Below the pieces are notes generated by a model, which worked only from the letters and a program-made list of their open reading frames with translations, was not told the DNA's origin and made no database searches. A DNA stretch of 64,000 nucleotides from Rubripirellula sp. Lineage in GTDB: Bacteria > Planctomycetota > Planctomycetia > Pirellulales > Pirellulaceae. Positions 19,307-30,035 of the stretch are shown in pieces. Within the stretch, counting starts at the first letter, position 1. Every line of letters starts with the position of its first letter. A program made the position numbers and the translations under genes. The stretch lies in contig OZ244207.1 in the NCBI GenBank assembly GCA_965216875.1, positions 1,376,001-1,440,000 on the forward strand, given 5' to 3'.

Positions 19307-19807
19307 ATGATGTTTCGCAGGACCCTTGTCACACTGTTCGTTGGTTGCGCGTCGCTGATCCTAAGTTCAGACGCCGATGCCGGGATCTTTTTTCGCGGAC
19401 GAGTCTGTCGTTCGAAACAGGTGAGTTGCCTGCAGCATTCGCGATGCGCACTTGCTTGTCGTGTCCCTGCCTGTCGAGCCGTCGTTCCCTGTCGTCCGAC
19501 CTATCGATCGAGTTTATGGCGATGTCGCCGCTGGTCGAGTGGTTGGCGCTCGGGCGGTTGGCGATCGAGTGGATGGAGTTCGGGCGGATGGCCTTCCGGT
19601 GGTTCGTCAACGAGCGGTTGGCCAACTCATGCATCACCGATCGGCCCGCCCGTCGTCGCGCCGGATGGTGGTGGAACTTCGAGTGCCGAGGTCGTGCGGC
19701 CAGACATCGGAAATGATAATGAGAGCCCCTTTGAGGCTGGCGGCGGATCAGAAGGCGGCGGCGGTAGCGATGGCGGGGGCGGTAGCGATGGTGGGGGTGA
19801 AGGGTAG
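19307..19807 (+). CDS. hypothetical exported Cys/Arg-rich and Gly/Ser/Trp-repeat protein
   Basis: Signal peptide ending ADA-G, 8 nt after the upstream stop. Contains (S/G)GW pentapeptide repeats and a GGGGSD tail. Confidence 0.55.
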   Translation: MMFRRTLVTLFVGCASLILSSDADAGIFFRGRVCRSKQVSCLQHSRCALACRVPACRAVVPCRPTYRSSLWRCRRWSSGWRSGGWRSSGWSSGGWPSGGSSTSGWPTHASPIGPPVVAPDGGGTSSAEVVRPDIGNDNESPFEAGGGSEGGGGSDGGGGSDGGGEG

Positions 19808-19958
19808 GTCTTGAGCCTGGCCGGATCTTTGGAAAGCGGCGTTGCTTTCGCCGCGCGCGTCGACGAGGTAGCATGATTGGCGTGCCGGCATCCCTGCTCG
19901 GCTTCTCACCATCCTCTCCCGCCTTCCCATTCCCACCCCCAGATCCCAGAGTTGATCG

Positions 19959-21194
19959 ATGCGCAGTGCCTTTTTTGCATGCTTGTGGATGTTTCTCGCC
20001 GTCAGTCAACTCGAAGCGGCGGAACCAAGCGGGGATTGGCCTCGCTTTCGTGGCCCCGAAGGGACAGGGGTTGTGGTGGGACAAGGCCTGCCGACCCACA
20101 TCGCGGCTGGCCAAGTGCAGTGGAGCGTTGACTTGCCGGTTCGGGGCCATTCGTCGCCGATCCTCTATGGCGACCAGATCTTTTTGACCGGTTCATCCGG
20201 TGGGGCCGACGGTGTCCGAAGGCATCTTTTCGCAGTCGACCGCAAGAGTGGAAAGGTCCAATGGAATGAAGTTGTCGCAACAGGTGAAGGCGAAAAGCTT
20301 CACAAAATGAATAGCTGGGCGACACCAAGTTGTGCTAGCGATGGCGAGCGTGTTGTTGCGTTCTTTGGCGACGGTGGATTGCATTGCTTCAGCGTTGACG
20401 GCAAGCCGATGTGGTCGCGCGATTTAGGGAAGTTTCCAGGTGCATGGGGCGTTGGCGCGTCGCCGATCTTTTATGGAGACACCATCATTCAAAACTGCGA
20501 TGCGGAAGGCGACTCCGCATTGATCGCCGTCAACAAAGAAACTGGCAAGGCAGTCTGGCAAACTCCCCGCAAGCCAAAGCCCAAGGGAGGTTGGAGCACT
20601 CCGATTTTGATTCAGACAAAGTCGCGCGAAGAGCTGGTGGTTAACGGCGAATATGGCGTGCAGTCCTACGATCCAGCCTCCGGCAAACCGTTTTGGAGTT
20701 GCACAAGCTTTAATGGACGCGGCACACCCGTTCCCGCATGGGATGGCGAGCAGCTTTACGTCGTCAACGGCAAAACGGGCGATGTCTATTGTGTCAAACC
20801 GACCGGGACTGGCGACGTTACGCAAACGCATATGACTTGGCACACAGCGCGACGCGGTGGACGCGACTTACCTTCGCCAGTCATTTGCGGCGACGTCCTG
20901 TTTGTGGTCAGCATGGGAGGGATCGCCACTGGCTACGACACCAAGACGGGAGCTGAGCTTTGGAAAGAACGATTGGGCGGAAACTACTCTGGCTCGCCCA
21001 TCGTGGCTGGCGAGTACGTTTACATCGTGTCGGAAGAGGGGGACCTCTCCGTGCTGCGGCCCGCCAAGAAGCTTCAACGGGTTTCAAAGCTCTCGTTGCA
21101 AACCGGCGAAGAGATCTTTCGTAGTTCGATTGGTGTTAGCGACGGGCAGTTGTTCGTTCGCAGTGACAAGCGTCTCTATTGCATCGGCGAGTAG
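19959..21194 (+). CDS. PQQ-binding-like beta-propeller repeat protein
   Basis: Signal peptide, DWPRFRGP, GHSSP, WSTP, repeated TGxxxW blades and terminal LFVRSDKRLYCIG. Confidence 0.9.
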   Translation: MRSAFFACLWMFLAVSQLEAAEPSGDWPRFRGPEGTGVVVGQGLPTHIAAGQVQWSVDLPVRGHSSPILYGDQIFLTGSSGGADGVRRHLFAVDRKSGKVQWNEVVATGEGEKLHKMNSWATPSCASDGERVVAFFGDGGLHCFSVDGKPMWSRDLGKFPGAWGVGASPIFYGDTIIQNCDAEGDSALIAVNKETGKAVWQTPRKPKPKGGWSTPILIQTKSREELVVNGEYGVQSYDPASGKPFWSCTSFNGRGTPVPAWDGEQLYVVNGKTGDVYCVKPTGTGDVTQTHMTWHTARRGGRDLPSPVICGDVLFVVSMGGIATGYDTKTGAELWKERLGGNYSGSPIVAGEYVYIVSEEGDLSVLRPAKKLQRVSKLSLQTGEEIFRSSIGVSDGQLFVRSDKRLYCIGE

Positions 21195-21220
21195 AGCTTT
21201 CACGAGTACTTAGGTTGCGA

Positions 21221-21288
21221 ATGGTGCGTGCAAGCACAGCACCCTACTCTTGACGCTAGCGAGTAGGGTGTGTGCTTGCACGCACCAT
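21221..21288. repeat. GTAG-type REP doublet (REPIN)
   Basis: GTAGGGTGTGTGCTTGCACGCACCA occurs as an inverted pair. A single further copy lies at 29859-29883. Confidence 0.85.
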
Positions 21289-21325
21289 CCTTTGCAATAC
21301 AGGTTTGCAATTTCGGTGCCTGCAA

Positions 21326-22960
21326 TCAACGACTCGGTTTCAGATAGCGCACCTTGTAGTCTTTCGGCAAGGGAGTGACGTTGTGATCGGCGGCCCAGCG
21401 TTCCCATTTCGCAACCAGCTCGTTGAGTTTCGGAGCGTTCGAGACAGCCAAGTCATTCAATTCGGTGGGGTCGTTTTGCAGGTCGTACAGCTCCCACGGC
21501 TCGTCTTTCACGGCGACCGCTTTGAATCGGCCGTCGGTGACCGCGCGGTTGCTTTCGTGTTCGAAAAAGAGGTCGCGTGATTCAATTGACTGCCCCTTAA
21601 AGAGCGGTCGCAAACTCTCGCCTGCGAGTTCGTGCGCACCTTTGTAGGGTGTACCGGTGACATCCGTGATGGTCGGCAGCAAATCGATGATGTGCGTGGG
21701 CGTTGAGTTCAACTTGCCTTGCATGGACGGTTTGATGCCAGCGGGCCAGTGAACGATACAGGGTGAAAGGATTCCACCTTCGTGGTTGAAGTGTTTGTAA
21801 AGTCGAAACGGTGTGTTGGAGACATTTGCCCAGCCACTGCCCGCACTGTGAAACGTTCCCGGCTCGCCCATTGCGTCGATTTGATCAGCTCGATGCAGGA
21901 TGTTGTTGGGTGACGAACGGATGTCGAATCCCCATGGATCCCATTCGGCACATGCGCCGTTGTCGGACAAAAAGACGAGTAGCGTGTTTTCGAATTGATT
22001 GGTTTGCTTTAGATGCTGGATGAGTCGTCCGATGTTTTGATCCATCGAGTCAACCATTGCGGCATAGATCGCCATACGACGCGCGAGATCCAGGCGGCGG
22101 TCTTGTTCGATGCTTTTCCAAGCCGGATTGACTCCGGTGTTGACTTCCCCGTAGTCCCAATAACGTGATCGTGGTGACAGTTTGGTATTTGGCGGCACCA
22201 CTCCCAGGCGTTTCATGCGATCGAGTCGCGACTGGCGCAGTTCGTCCCAACCGACGTGATAGTGATCGACGTATTTCTGAATGTCCTGCTTCTTCGCATG
22301 CAGTGGGAAATGGGGCGCGTTGTATGCAAGGTAAAGGAACCAAGGTTTGTCCGGCGTCTGCTGGGCTTGTCGGACAAAGTCGATCGCGTGGTCGGTGACG
22401 GCATCGGTGCCATAGAACTCTCCGGGCGGATAAACGCGTTTTTGACGATCTGCCGGCAAGCGGATGAAATGATCCGGGTCGAAGAACCGTTTCGCACTCA
22501 CCAGCGTCCCATAAAACTCTTCGAAACCATGTTGTGTCGGATCGTCCGTACCAAGGTGCCATTTGCCAGAGATGAATGAGCGATAGCGATTTCCTTCAAG
22601 CACTTGCGCTATGGTGACCGCGTCGGCGGAGAAGCGGCCGCGGTAACCGTCGCGGTCAAGGCTGCCGGTGGTCATGTGCCCAAGGTCGACGCGATGTGGG
22701 TATTGCCCAGAAAGGATCGAAGCCCGCGAGGGACAACATCGACCTGTGTTGTAAAACCGCGTCAATCGCAGCCCCGATGCAGCCAGTCGGTCAAGATTGG
22801 GAGTCTCGATTTCGCCGCCATAGCAGCCGAGGTCGCTGTATCCGAGGTCATCGGCAACGATCAAAACGACGTTGGGCGAGTCTTTTGCAAACGCGGCCGA
22901 ATCGAATGTGCCGACGACCAGTAAGAAGCAGAGGCAAACCAATAATCGCGACTCAATCAT
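21326..22960 (-). CDS. arylsulfatase (Cys-type formylglycine sulfatase)
   Basis: Motifs PNVVLIVADDLGYSD, CCPSRASILSG, GKWHLG, APHFPL, SDNGA. Confidence 0.95.
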   Translation of the reverse strand: MIESRLLVCLCFLLVVGTFDSAAFAKDSPNVVLIVADDLGYSDLGCYGGEIETPNLDRLAASGLRLTRFYNTGRCCPSRASILSGQYPHRVDLGHMTTGSLDRDGYRGRFSADAVTIAQVLEGNRYRSFISGKWHLGTDDPTQHGFEEFYGTLVSAKRFFDPDHFIRLPADRQKRVYPPGEFYGTDAVTDHAIDFVRQAQQTPDKPWFLYLAYNAPHFPLHAKKQDIQKYVDHYHVGWDELRQSRLDRMKRLGVVPPNTKLSPRSRYWDYGEVNTGVNPAWKSIEQDRRLDLARRMAIYAAMVDSMDQNIGRLIQHLKQTNQFENTLLVFLSDNGACAEWDPWGFDIRSSPNNILHRADQIDAMGEPGTFHSAGSGWANVSNTPFRLYKHFNHEGGILSPCIVHWPAGIKPSMQGKLNSTPTHIIDLLPTITDVTGTPYKGAHELAGESLRPLFKGQSIESRDLFFEHESNRAVTDGRFKAVAVKDEPWELYDLQNDPTELNDLAVSNAPKLNELVAKWERWAADHNVTPLPKDYKVRYLKPSR

Positions 22961-23189
22961 TCATGCATTCCACAAGTTGCCGACCTGAAATTGCAAACGG
23001 AAAACCAGAGTTTAACCCCGCGATGTGCTGCGATGGCCCGGTCGGTGTCGAGGACGCAGATGCAATCGAAAAACTCGGGTGATACGCGCCGCTGATACGT
23101 CTCTCCAGGTTGCTCGAATGGGTTTGCGATCTTAACCTTACATCGCTCTTCAAACAAAAACGTCTCTTTGCAAAACCACGGAATCCGAC

Positions 23190-23963
23190 ATGCTGCCAGG
23201 AATCAAACTCTTTGATATGACCGACCACGTCGCCATTGTGACAGGTGGCTCAAAAGGTCTTGGCAAAGCGATGGGAGCCGCATTGGCTTCGGCGGGTTGT
23301 CGTGTTGTCCTTGTCAGTCGCAATCAAGAGGAAGCAGATGCGGCGGCGGCGGAGATCAAGGCCGACCATGGCGTCGAGGTGATTGGTGCTCAGGTCGAGG
23401 TGACCGATACGGAAGCGGTCGAAAAGCTTGTTGCTGATACCATCGAGCGTTTCGGCCGAATCGATACGCTGGTCAACAGCGCCGGAATCAACATTCGCGG
23501 GCCGATCGATGAACTGACGCTCGAGCAATTCCGCGAAGTCCAGCAGATCAACGTCGATGGGATTTGGATTGCGGCACGCGCGGTTGCACCGCAGATGAAG
23601 AAGCAAGGGCGGGGCCGCATCATCAACATGGCCAGCACGCTCGGGCTCGTGGGTCTCGCCAACCGAACACCCTACGCGACAAGCAAGGGGGCGGTTGTGC
23701 AATTGACCAGAGCATTGGGGCTCGAGTTCGCCGAGAACAATATCACGGTCAATGCCATCTGCCCTGGGCCTTTTCTTACACCGATGAACGAGCCGATCGC
23801 AGAAACGGAAGAAGCAAAGAAGTTTATCGTTGGCGCGGTTGCGATGAACCGCTGGGGCAAACTCGAAGAAATCCAAGGTGCCGCACTCTACCTGGCAAGC
23901 GACGCTGGAAGTTACACCACTGGAAGCATGCTCGTCGTCGACGGCGGCTGGACCGCGCGATAG
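23190..23963 (+). CDS. SDR-family NAD(P)-dependent oxidoreductase
   Basis: Motifs TGGSKGLG, VNSAGI, YATSK, NAICPG, VDGGW. Confidence 0.95.
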   Translation: MLPGIKLFDMTDHVAIVTGGSKGLGKAMGAALASAGCRVVLVSRNQEEADAAAAEIKADHGVEVIGAQVEVTDTEAVEKLVADTIERFGRIDTLVNSAGINIRGPIDELTLEQFREVQQINVDGIWIAARAVAPQMKKQGRGRIINMASTLGLVGLANRTPYATSKGAVVQLTRALGLEFAENNITVNAICPGPFLTPMNEPIAETEEAKKFIVGAVAMNRWGKLEEIQGAALYLASDAGSYTTGSMLVVDGGWTAR

Positions 23964-23997
23964 CGCGTTCGCATGGCGATCCTGACTTGGGTTTAAA

Positions 23998-24098
23998 ACC
24001 CTCCCGCCGGGAGGGTCGGGCGCGGTAGCGGCCGGGGAGGGCCGAACCTAGAAGACCCTCTCCGGCCCTTAGAGGCCGACTCTCCCAGAGGGAGAGTG
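23998..24098. repeat. REP-like composite palindrome, copy 2
   Basis: Matches 11550-11654. Confidence 0.85.
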
Positions 24099-24157
24099 AA
24101 ACTGGAAAACCGGACGACCTCAAAGCGAGCGTGTGATTGTTGGTGCGCGACCCATCG

Positions 24158-24910
24158 CTACTTCACAAAACGTTTGCGGTAGGCAGTTGGTGTCATTCCG
24201 GTGACTTCGCGGAAGCGTTTGGTGAGGTGGCTCTGGTCGGTGTAGCCGACGGCCATTGCGATGTCGGCGGGACTACGCGAGGTGGTGGTCAGCAACTTTT
24301 GCGCTGCCTGAATCCGGACGCTACGTAGGTACTGCATCGGGGTCATTCGTAGCAATTGGCGAAAGCGACGATTGAAGTGCGTTGACGAGAGTCCGGTGAG
24401 CTCTGCCATCTCGGCCATCGAAACCGGCTTGGCATAATGTCGTTCGATGTACCGCGCTGCGGGCATGATCTCTTGCAGGAATTTTTTCAGCTCTTCGCGG
24501 TGCTCAATGCGGTACATCGCGCCTGCGATTCCAATCACCTCGGCGTTGCGATTGAACATTGGCGTCTTGGTTGAGACGTACCAACGGGGCGCGCGGCGGC
24601 GATGCATCACGAGCCACGTTTGTCCCGGCAAGGGCTGTCGACTGGCCATGACCCGTCGATCTTCTTCGATGTACGCTTCGGCCATGACAGGCGGATGAAA
24701 ATCGTGGTCCGTCCTGCCAATCGCTTCGTACTGGTCCGTCAGGCCATGGTTTTCTAGGAATTGTTGGTTCACCCGCACAAAACGACTTTTCGTGTCTTTG
24801 GCGTAAAAGTAGGTGTGCGGCAATGCGTCAAAGAGCCCGATGACCGATTCGGCCAGCGGGTTTTGACGAAAAAATTGGTCTTGGAATTCACGAGGGTCTA
24901 AAGCAGGCAT
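24158..24910 (-). CDS. AraC-family regulator with N-terminal PAS domain
   Basis: PAS-like FYAKDTKSRFVRVN...IGRTDHD and AraC HTH ...GYTDQSHLTKRFREVTGMTPTAYR. Confidence 0.92.
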   Translation of the reverse strand: MPALDPREFQDQFFRQNPLAESVIGLFDALPHTYFYAKDTKSRFVRVNQQFLENHGLTDQYEAIGRTDHDFHPPVMAEAYIEEDRRVMASRQPLPGQTWLVMHRRRAPRWYVSTKTPMFNRNAEVIGIAGAMYRIEHREELKKFLQEIMPAARYIERHYAKPVSMAEMAELTGLSSTHFNRRFRQLLRMTPMQYLRSVRIQAAQKLLTTTSRSPADIAMAVGYTDQSHLTKRFREVTGMTPTAYRKRFVK

Positions 24911-25091
24911 GGTCAAAATGTACAAACAAACGCGTGCGTTGTCCAAGACGCTGCGGTAGGATTGATGTATTTTCTGACCATCCCACCATGGCATTCCGGT
25001 TCACCACCCTGATGTTCGCTGCAAGCTTCTCGCGTTTTGCTAACCGAGTTCAAGCGGAATTCAAGTTCTCTCACTCCTGCCCCTCGAACTG

Positions 25092-28000
25092 ATGTCGCGT
25101 CTGTTTTACCCGTGCGCAGCCATGTTGCTGGTTGCCGCTGCCGCTTGCGGTGACGAACCGATTGATTTTGGCCGCGATATTCGGCCCATACTCTCGGACA
25201 AGTGTTTTCACTGTCATGGCCCCGATGCGGAAACGCGCGAAGCCGACTTGCGTTTGGACAACGAAGAGGGGGCGACCGAGTGGGCCATTGTTCCCGGCAA
25301 CATTGACGAGAGCGAGGTGATTGCGCGGGTGTTGACCGACGATCCTGACTCGGTGATGCCGCCACCGTCAACGAACAAGAAACTGACTGCTGAAGAAGTC
25401 GACTTACTTAAGCGTTGGGTCGAAGAGGGAGCTGTCTATCAACAGCATTGGGCGTTTGTTGGTCCGCAGCGGCCTGACATCCCCGCCGTGTCCAAAGAGC
25501 ATTGGATCCACAATCCGATCGACGCCTTTGTCCTGCGTCGCCTCGACAAGGAAGCGTTGCAGCCGTCGGACGACGCGGATCGCATCACCTGGTTGCGTCG
25601 ACTGTCGCTCGACTTGATCGGTCTGCCCCCAACGATCGAAGAAATTGATGCGTTTCTGTTGGATGAATCGGCCGACGCGGATCAGAACCAGATCGAACGC
25701 TTGTTGTTGTCTCCGCATTTTGGAGAACGTTGGGCGCGCGTTTGGCTTGATGCTGCACGTTACGCCGATTCCGACGGGTACGAAAAGGACAAGCCACGCT
25801 CGGTTTGGTTTTATCGCGACTGGGTGGTCGATGCCTTCAATCGCGATTTGCCTTACGACCAGTTCGTGATCGAGCAGATTGCGGGTGACCTGATCGAAGA
25901 GAACGAACAAAGCAAGCTTGTCGCGACGGGCTTTCTTCGGAATTCGATGGTCAACGAAGAAGGAGGCGCGGATCCCGAGCAATTCCGAATGGAAGCGATG
26001 TTTGATCGCATGGACGCCATTGGCAAGAGCGTCCTCGGGCTCACGATTCAGTGCAGCCAATGTCATAGCCACAAATATGACCCGCTGACACAGCACGATT
26101 ACTATCGCATGTTTGCGTTCTTGAACAGCACGCACGACGCGATTGTGCCGGTCTACGACAATGAAAGCTCTGAACAGCGCGCGCGTGTCCTCGCGGAGAT
26201 CGATGCCATCGAAAGGCAGCTCAAAACGGACATGCCGAATTGGCGTGAGGAAATGGCGCGTTGGGAACAGGAGAGTGCATCGCAAATCGGCAACTGGGAA
26301 GTCGTCGAGCCGTTCGATCTGCCGTTTGAAGGGCAAAAATTCCGAGTGCTTGACGACCATTCGATTGTCAGCGAAAGCTACGCGCCGACGAACTCGAAAC
26401 CTCGCTTCGCTGCCAAAACTTCCACTCGTGGAATCACGGGTGTGAGAGTGGAGTTGTTGACCCATCCCCAACTGCCTTTGCGCGGGCCTGGACGATCGAT
26501 TCGCGGAACGGCTGCGTTGACCGAAATGAAGGTTCATTTTCGGCCAACCGATGGATCGGAAAAGGAAGCGACGGCGAAAATCGTCTCGGCGACTGCCGAT
26601 GTGAACCCGCTCAAGCGTGATCAGCCGGACTTCCTAAAGAAGCGTGACAAAGCCAAGGACAAGCGTGTCACCGGCGGCATCGATTTCGCCTTTGATGGTG
26701 ACGCCAATACCGCGTGGACGACTGACAACGACCCTGGTCGCCGGAACCAAGACCGCAAAGCAGTTTTTGTGTTCGACCAGCCCATTGATTTTGAAGGTGG
26801 AACGACGCTCGTCTTTAATCCTGAGATGAGCCATGGCGGATGGAACAGTGATGACAATCACAACTGCCTCATGGGGCGTTACCGGTTCTCAGTCACAACC
26901 GACGAGAACCCTGTGGCAGACCCTGTTCCAGCAAGCGTTCGCGAAATCTTGAAGATCGCAGTCGATTCGCGGACTGAGTCACAGCAAGCAGCGGTCTTTA
27001 GCATTTGGCGAACCACCGTCGACGCGTGGAAAGACGCCAACGAAAGGATCGAAGAGCTGTGGGGCCAGCATCCCGAAGGGGCGACGCAATTGGTTCTCGA
27101 AGAGCGGTCGCGTAAACGGGAAACGCATCTTCTAAATCGTGGTGACTTTCTGAGTCCTGTGGAAGCAGTTTCGCCAGGCGTGCCCGAGTTTCTACATGAT
27201 CTCCCTGAATCAGCGGACGATTCGCGACTCACTTTTGCTCGGTGGCTGGTCGATCGCCGTTCGCCAACGACTGCACGTTCGATTGTGAATCGCATTTGGC
27301 AATCGTATTTTGGCATTGGCCTCGTCGAAACCAGCGATGATCTCGGCTCCCAGAGCTCGCCTCCTTCTCATCCCGAGTTGCTCGATTGGCTTGCCGTCGA
27401 GCTGATGGAAAACGACTGGAGTCTCAAGCACATTCACCGGCTGATCGTTTCCTCGGCTACCTATCGTCAATCGTCTCGGGTGTCGGAGTCGTTGCAACAA
27501 CGAGATCCGTACAACCGATTGCTGGCTCGTGGCCCCCGGTTTCGCGTCGATGCCGAAATCGTTCGCGACATCACCCTCGCGGCGAGTGGTTTGCTTTCGG
27601 ATTCGATTGGCGGACCGCCTGCGTATCCGCCTGCACCCCGTTTTTTGTTCGAGCCTCCCGCAAGCTACGGCCCAAAGACTTGGAACGAAGCAACGGGCAA
27701 CGATCGTTACCGCCGCGGTCTTTACACTTTTCGATTTCGCAGCGTTCCCTACCCGATGCTTGAAACGTTCGATTCGGTGCCAGGAAACGTTTCGTGCGTT
27801 CGTCGCAACCGATCCAACACGCCGCTCCAGGCACTGACCTCGTTAAACGAGCCGTTGGCGATGGAATGTGCGCGTGCGTTGGCGGCACGAACACTCGCCC
27901 AGGAGGGATCGAGTGATGGGGAACGACTGACGTTTGCGATGAAGTGTTGCGTTGGCCGAGGACCATCCGAGGATGAGTTGTTGACGTTGACCAATCTGTT

Positions 28001-28169
28001 GGAGAAGCAACGCCAACGCATCGCGAACAAGGAAATTGATCCAGCCGAAATCGCGGGCGACACAAACGGTGAAGGGGAATCCGAAGCGTCGGATCGCGAC
28101 AAGCAAGCAGCGTGGACGATTGTCTGTCGCGTGCTTTTGAATTTGGACGAGACCATTACAAAGGAATAG
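25092..28169 (+). CDS. planctomycete cytochrome c / DUF1549 / DUF1553 (PSD1) protein
   Basis: Motifs IRPILSDKCFHCHG, NPIDAF, RRLSLDLIGLPP, CSQCHSHKYDP, PSHPELLDWLA, NTPLQAL. Confidence 0.93.
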   Translation: MSRLFYPCAAMLLVAAAACGDEPIDFGRDIRPILSDKCFHCHGPDAETREADLRLDNEEGATEWAIVPGNIDESEVIARVLTDDPDSVMPPPSTNKKLTAEEVDLLKRWVEEGAVYQQHWAFVGPQRPDIPAVSKEHWIHNPIDAFVLRRLDKEALQPSDDADRITWLRRLSLDLIGLPPTIEEIDAFLLDESADADQNQIERLLLSPHFGERWARVWLDAARYADSDGYEKDKPRSVWFYRDWVVDAFNRDLPYDQFVIEQIAGDLIEENEQSKLVATGFLRNSMVNEEGGADPEQFRMEAMFDRMDAIGKSVLGLTIQCSQCHSHKYDPLTQHDYYRMFAFLNSTHDAIVPVYDNESSEQRARVLAEIDAIERQLKTDMPNWREEMARWEQESASQIGNWEVVEPFDLPFEGQKFRVLDDHSIVSESYAPTNSKPRFAAKTSTRGITGVRVELLTHPQLPLRGPGRSIRGTAALTEMKVHFRPTDGSEKEATAKIVSATADVNPLKRDQPDFLKKRDKAKDKRVTGGIDFAFDGDANTAWTTDNDPGRRNQDRKAVFVFDQPIDFEGGTTLVFNPEMSHGGWNSDDNHNCLMGRYRFSVTTDENPVADPVPASVREILKIAVDSRTESQQAAVFSIWRTTVDAWKDANERIEELWGQHPEGATQLVLEERSRKRETHLLNRGDFLSPVEAVSPGVPEFLHDLPESADDSRLTFARWLVDRRSPTTARSIVNRIWQSYFGIGLVETSDDLGSQSSPPSHPELLDWLAVELMENDWSLKHIHRLIVSSATYRQSSRVSESLQQRDPYNRLLARGPRFRVDAEIVRDITLAASGLLSDSIGGPPAYPPAPRFLFEPPASYGPKTWNEATGNDRYRRGLYTFRFRSVPYPMLETFDSVPGNVSCVRRNRSNTPLQALTSLNEPLAMECARALAARTLAQEGSSDGERLTFAMKCCVGRGPSEDELLTLTNLLEKQRQRIANKEIDPAEIAGDTNGEGESEASDRDKQAAWTIVCRVLLNLDETITKE

Positions 28170-28209
28170 TCGAATCGGCTCGCTCGCAAGCGTCCGTTAT
28201 CTCAATACG

Positions 28210-29625
28210 ATGACAAAACAACCAATGACACCGAATTCACTCACACGCCGCTGGTTCATGAAAGAATGCGGCGTCGGGCTTGGCGCCATTGCGGCCGCCG
28301 ATTTGATGGGCGCCGGCCATGCGTCCGGAGCGGATGTGCTCGCGCCAAAGTCTGGTCATTTTCCGGGCAAGGCCAAGAACGTGATCTTCCTGTTCATGGC
28401 AGGCGCGCCAAGTCACTTGGAGATGTTCGACTACAAGCCGCAGCTTGAGAAATACGACGGAACACTTCCTCCCGCCGAATTGCTCGACGGGTATCGCGCT
28501 GCGTTCATCAACCCCAACTCGAAGCTGCTTGGTCCCAAATACAAATTCTCAAAACATGGTGAGTGTGGCGCTGAAATCTCTGAGCTGTTGCCGCACACGG
28601 CGTCGATCGTTGACGATATTTCCATCGTCAAGTCGATGAAAACAGACGCGTTCAATCATGCTCCCGCGCAAATCATGATGAACACCGGCTCGCAGTTATT
28701 TGGCAAGCCGAGTCTTGGGGCATGGACCCTGTACGGCCTCGGTAGCGAGTCGCAAGAGCTTCCAGGGTTCGTCGTTTTCAGTTCTGGAACGAAGGGACCG
28801 AGTGGTGGCACGAGTAATTGGGGCAGTGGCTTTTTGCCAACGGTGTATCAGGGGGTCCAACTGCGTAGCGTCGGCGACCCTGTTCTTTATCTGTCGAATC
28901 CTCCGGGCATCGATGACACGACACAACGAGATTCGCTCGATGCGATCAACGCTCTGAATCAAAAGCGATTGGAGGTTACCGGGGATCCTGAAATCGCGAC
29001 TCGGATCAATTCCTTCGAAATGGCCTACCGGATGCAGGCGAGTGGTCCCGAATTGATGGACCTCTCCTCAGAGCCGCAGCACGTACTTGATCTCTATGGG
29101 GTCGATCCGGACAAGCCGTCTTTTGCCAAGAATTGTCTGTTGGCGAGGCGACTCGTTGAACGCGGCACACGGTTTGTACAGCTATTTCATGAAGCGTGGG
29201 ATCAACATGGCAACCTGACCAAAGCGATCAAGAACAATTGCAACGCCACCGATCAAGGTTGTGCTGCCTTGATCAAGGATCTAAAGCAACGGGGCATGCT
29301 CGACGACACGTTGGTGATCTGGGGTGGCGAATTCGGACGCACGCCGATGGTTCAAGGCGGCGGAGATGATGGGCGCGATCACCATCCTAACGCGTTCACG
29401 ATGTGGATGGCTGGTGGCGGAGTCAAACCAGGGATGACCTATGGTGAAACCGATGAATTTGGTTTCAACACGACGTTGAATGATGTTCACGTTCGCGACC
29501 TTCACGCAACGATCCTGCACTTGTTGGGATTCGACCATCATCGGCTATCAGTGAAATTCCAAGGTCTCGATCAGCGTTTGACGGGCGTGGAACCCGCGCA
29601 TGTCGTTCACGACATCCTGGCCTAG
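28210..29625 (+). CDS. DUF1501 family protein (Tat-like signal)
   Basis: Motifs TRRWF, IFLFMAGAPSH, WDQH, GEFGRTP, GRDHHP, DLHATILHLLG. Canonical partner of PSD1 genes. Confidence 0.93.
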   Translation: MTKQPMTPNSLTRRWFMKECGVGLGAIAAADLMGAGHASGADVLAPKSGHFPGKAKNVIFLFMAGAPSHLEMFDYKPQLEKYDGTLPPAELLDGYRAAFINPNSKLLGPKYKFSKHGECGAEISELLPHTASIVDDISIVKSMKTDAFNHAPAQIMMNTGSQLFGKPSLGAWTLYGLGSESQELPGFVVFSSGTKGPSGGTSNWGSGFLPTVYQGVQLRSVGDPVLYLSNPPGIDDTTQRDSLDAINALNQKRLEVTGDPEIATRINSFEMAYRMQASGPELMDLSSEPQHVLDLYGVDPDKPSFAKNCLLARRLVERGTRFVQLFHEAWDQHGNLTKAIKNNCNATDQGCAALIKDLKQRGMLDDTLVIWGGEFGRTPMVQGGGDDGRDHHPNAFTMWMAGGGVKPGMTYGETDEFGFNTTLNDVHVRDLHATILHLLGFDHHRLSVKFQGLDQRLTGVEPAHVVHDILA

Positions 29626-30035
29626 TTGGTGTCTAATACTTAGCCGCTCACAATTGTGCTCGTGCTCAGCCTCGCGGTGCTCGTGCTCGAACGCGTACAA
29701 GACACTCAGTGGAGTCGGTGGGCGGTGAAGCAACGGCGGGCAGGGTAGGCACCTGCTAGCGTTCCTGGACACGCGTTCGAATTGTTGGGAACACTGACCG
29801 ACGCTGGTCGACACTAGTTAAAGAGTTGGGTGAGCCGGGGCAGGCCACGTGTTAGAGTTGGTGCGTGCAAGCACACACCCTACGGATACTAATTATTGAG
29901 TTGCGCGGGCTTGCTAGGGCCCGAGTCCTCACGACCAGCGGCTCATGTGCCTGCGCCGGTTGGGCCGTGAGTGCGGGCGGATTCGTTTTCTGCCGGATCT
30001 GCATCGCTGTCGCTCTTTGATCCGGCCTGCTTTTG

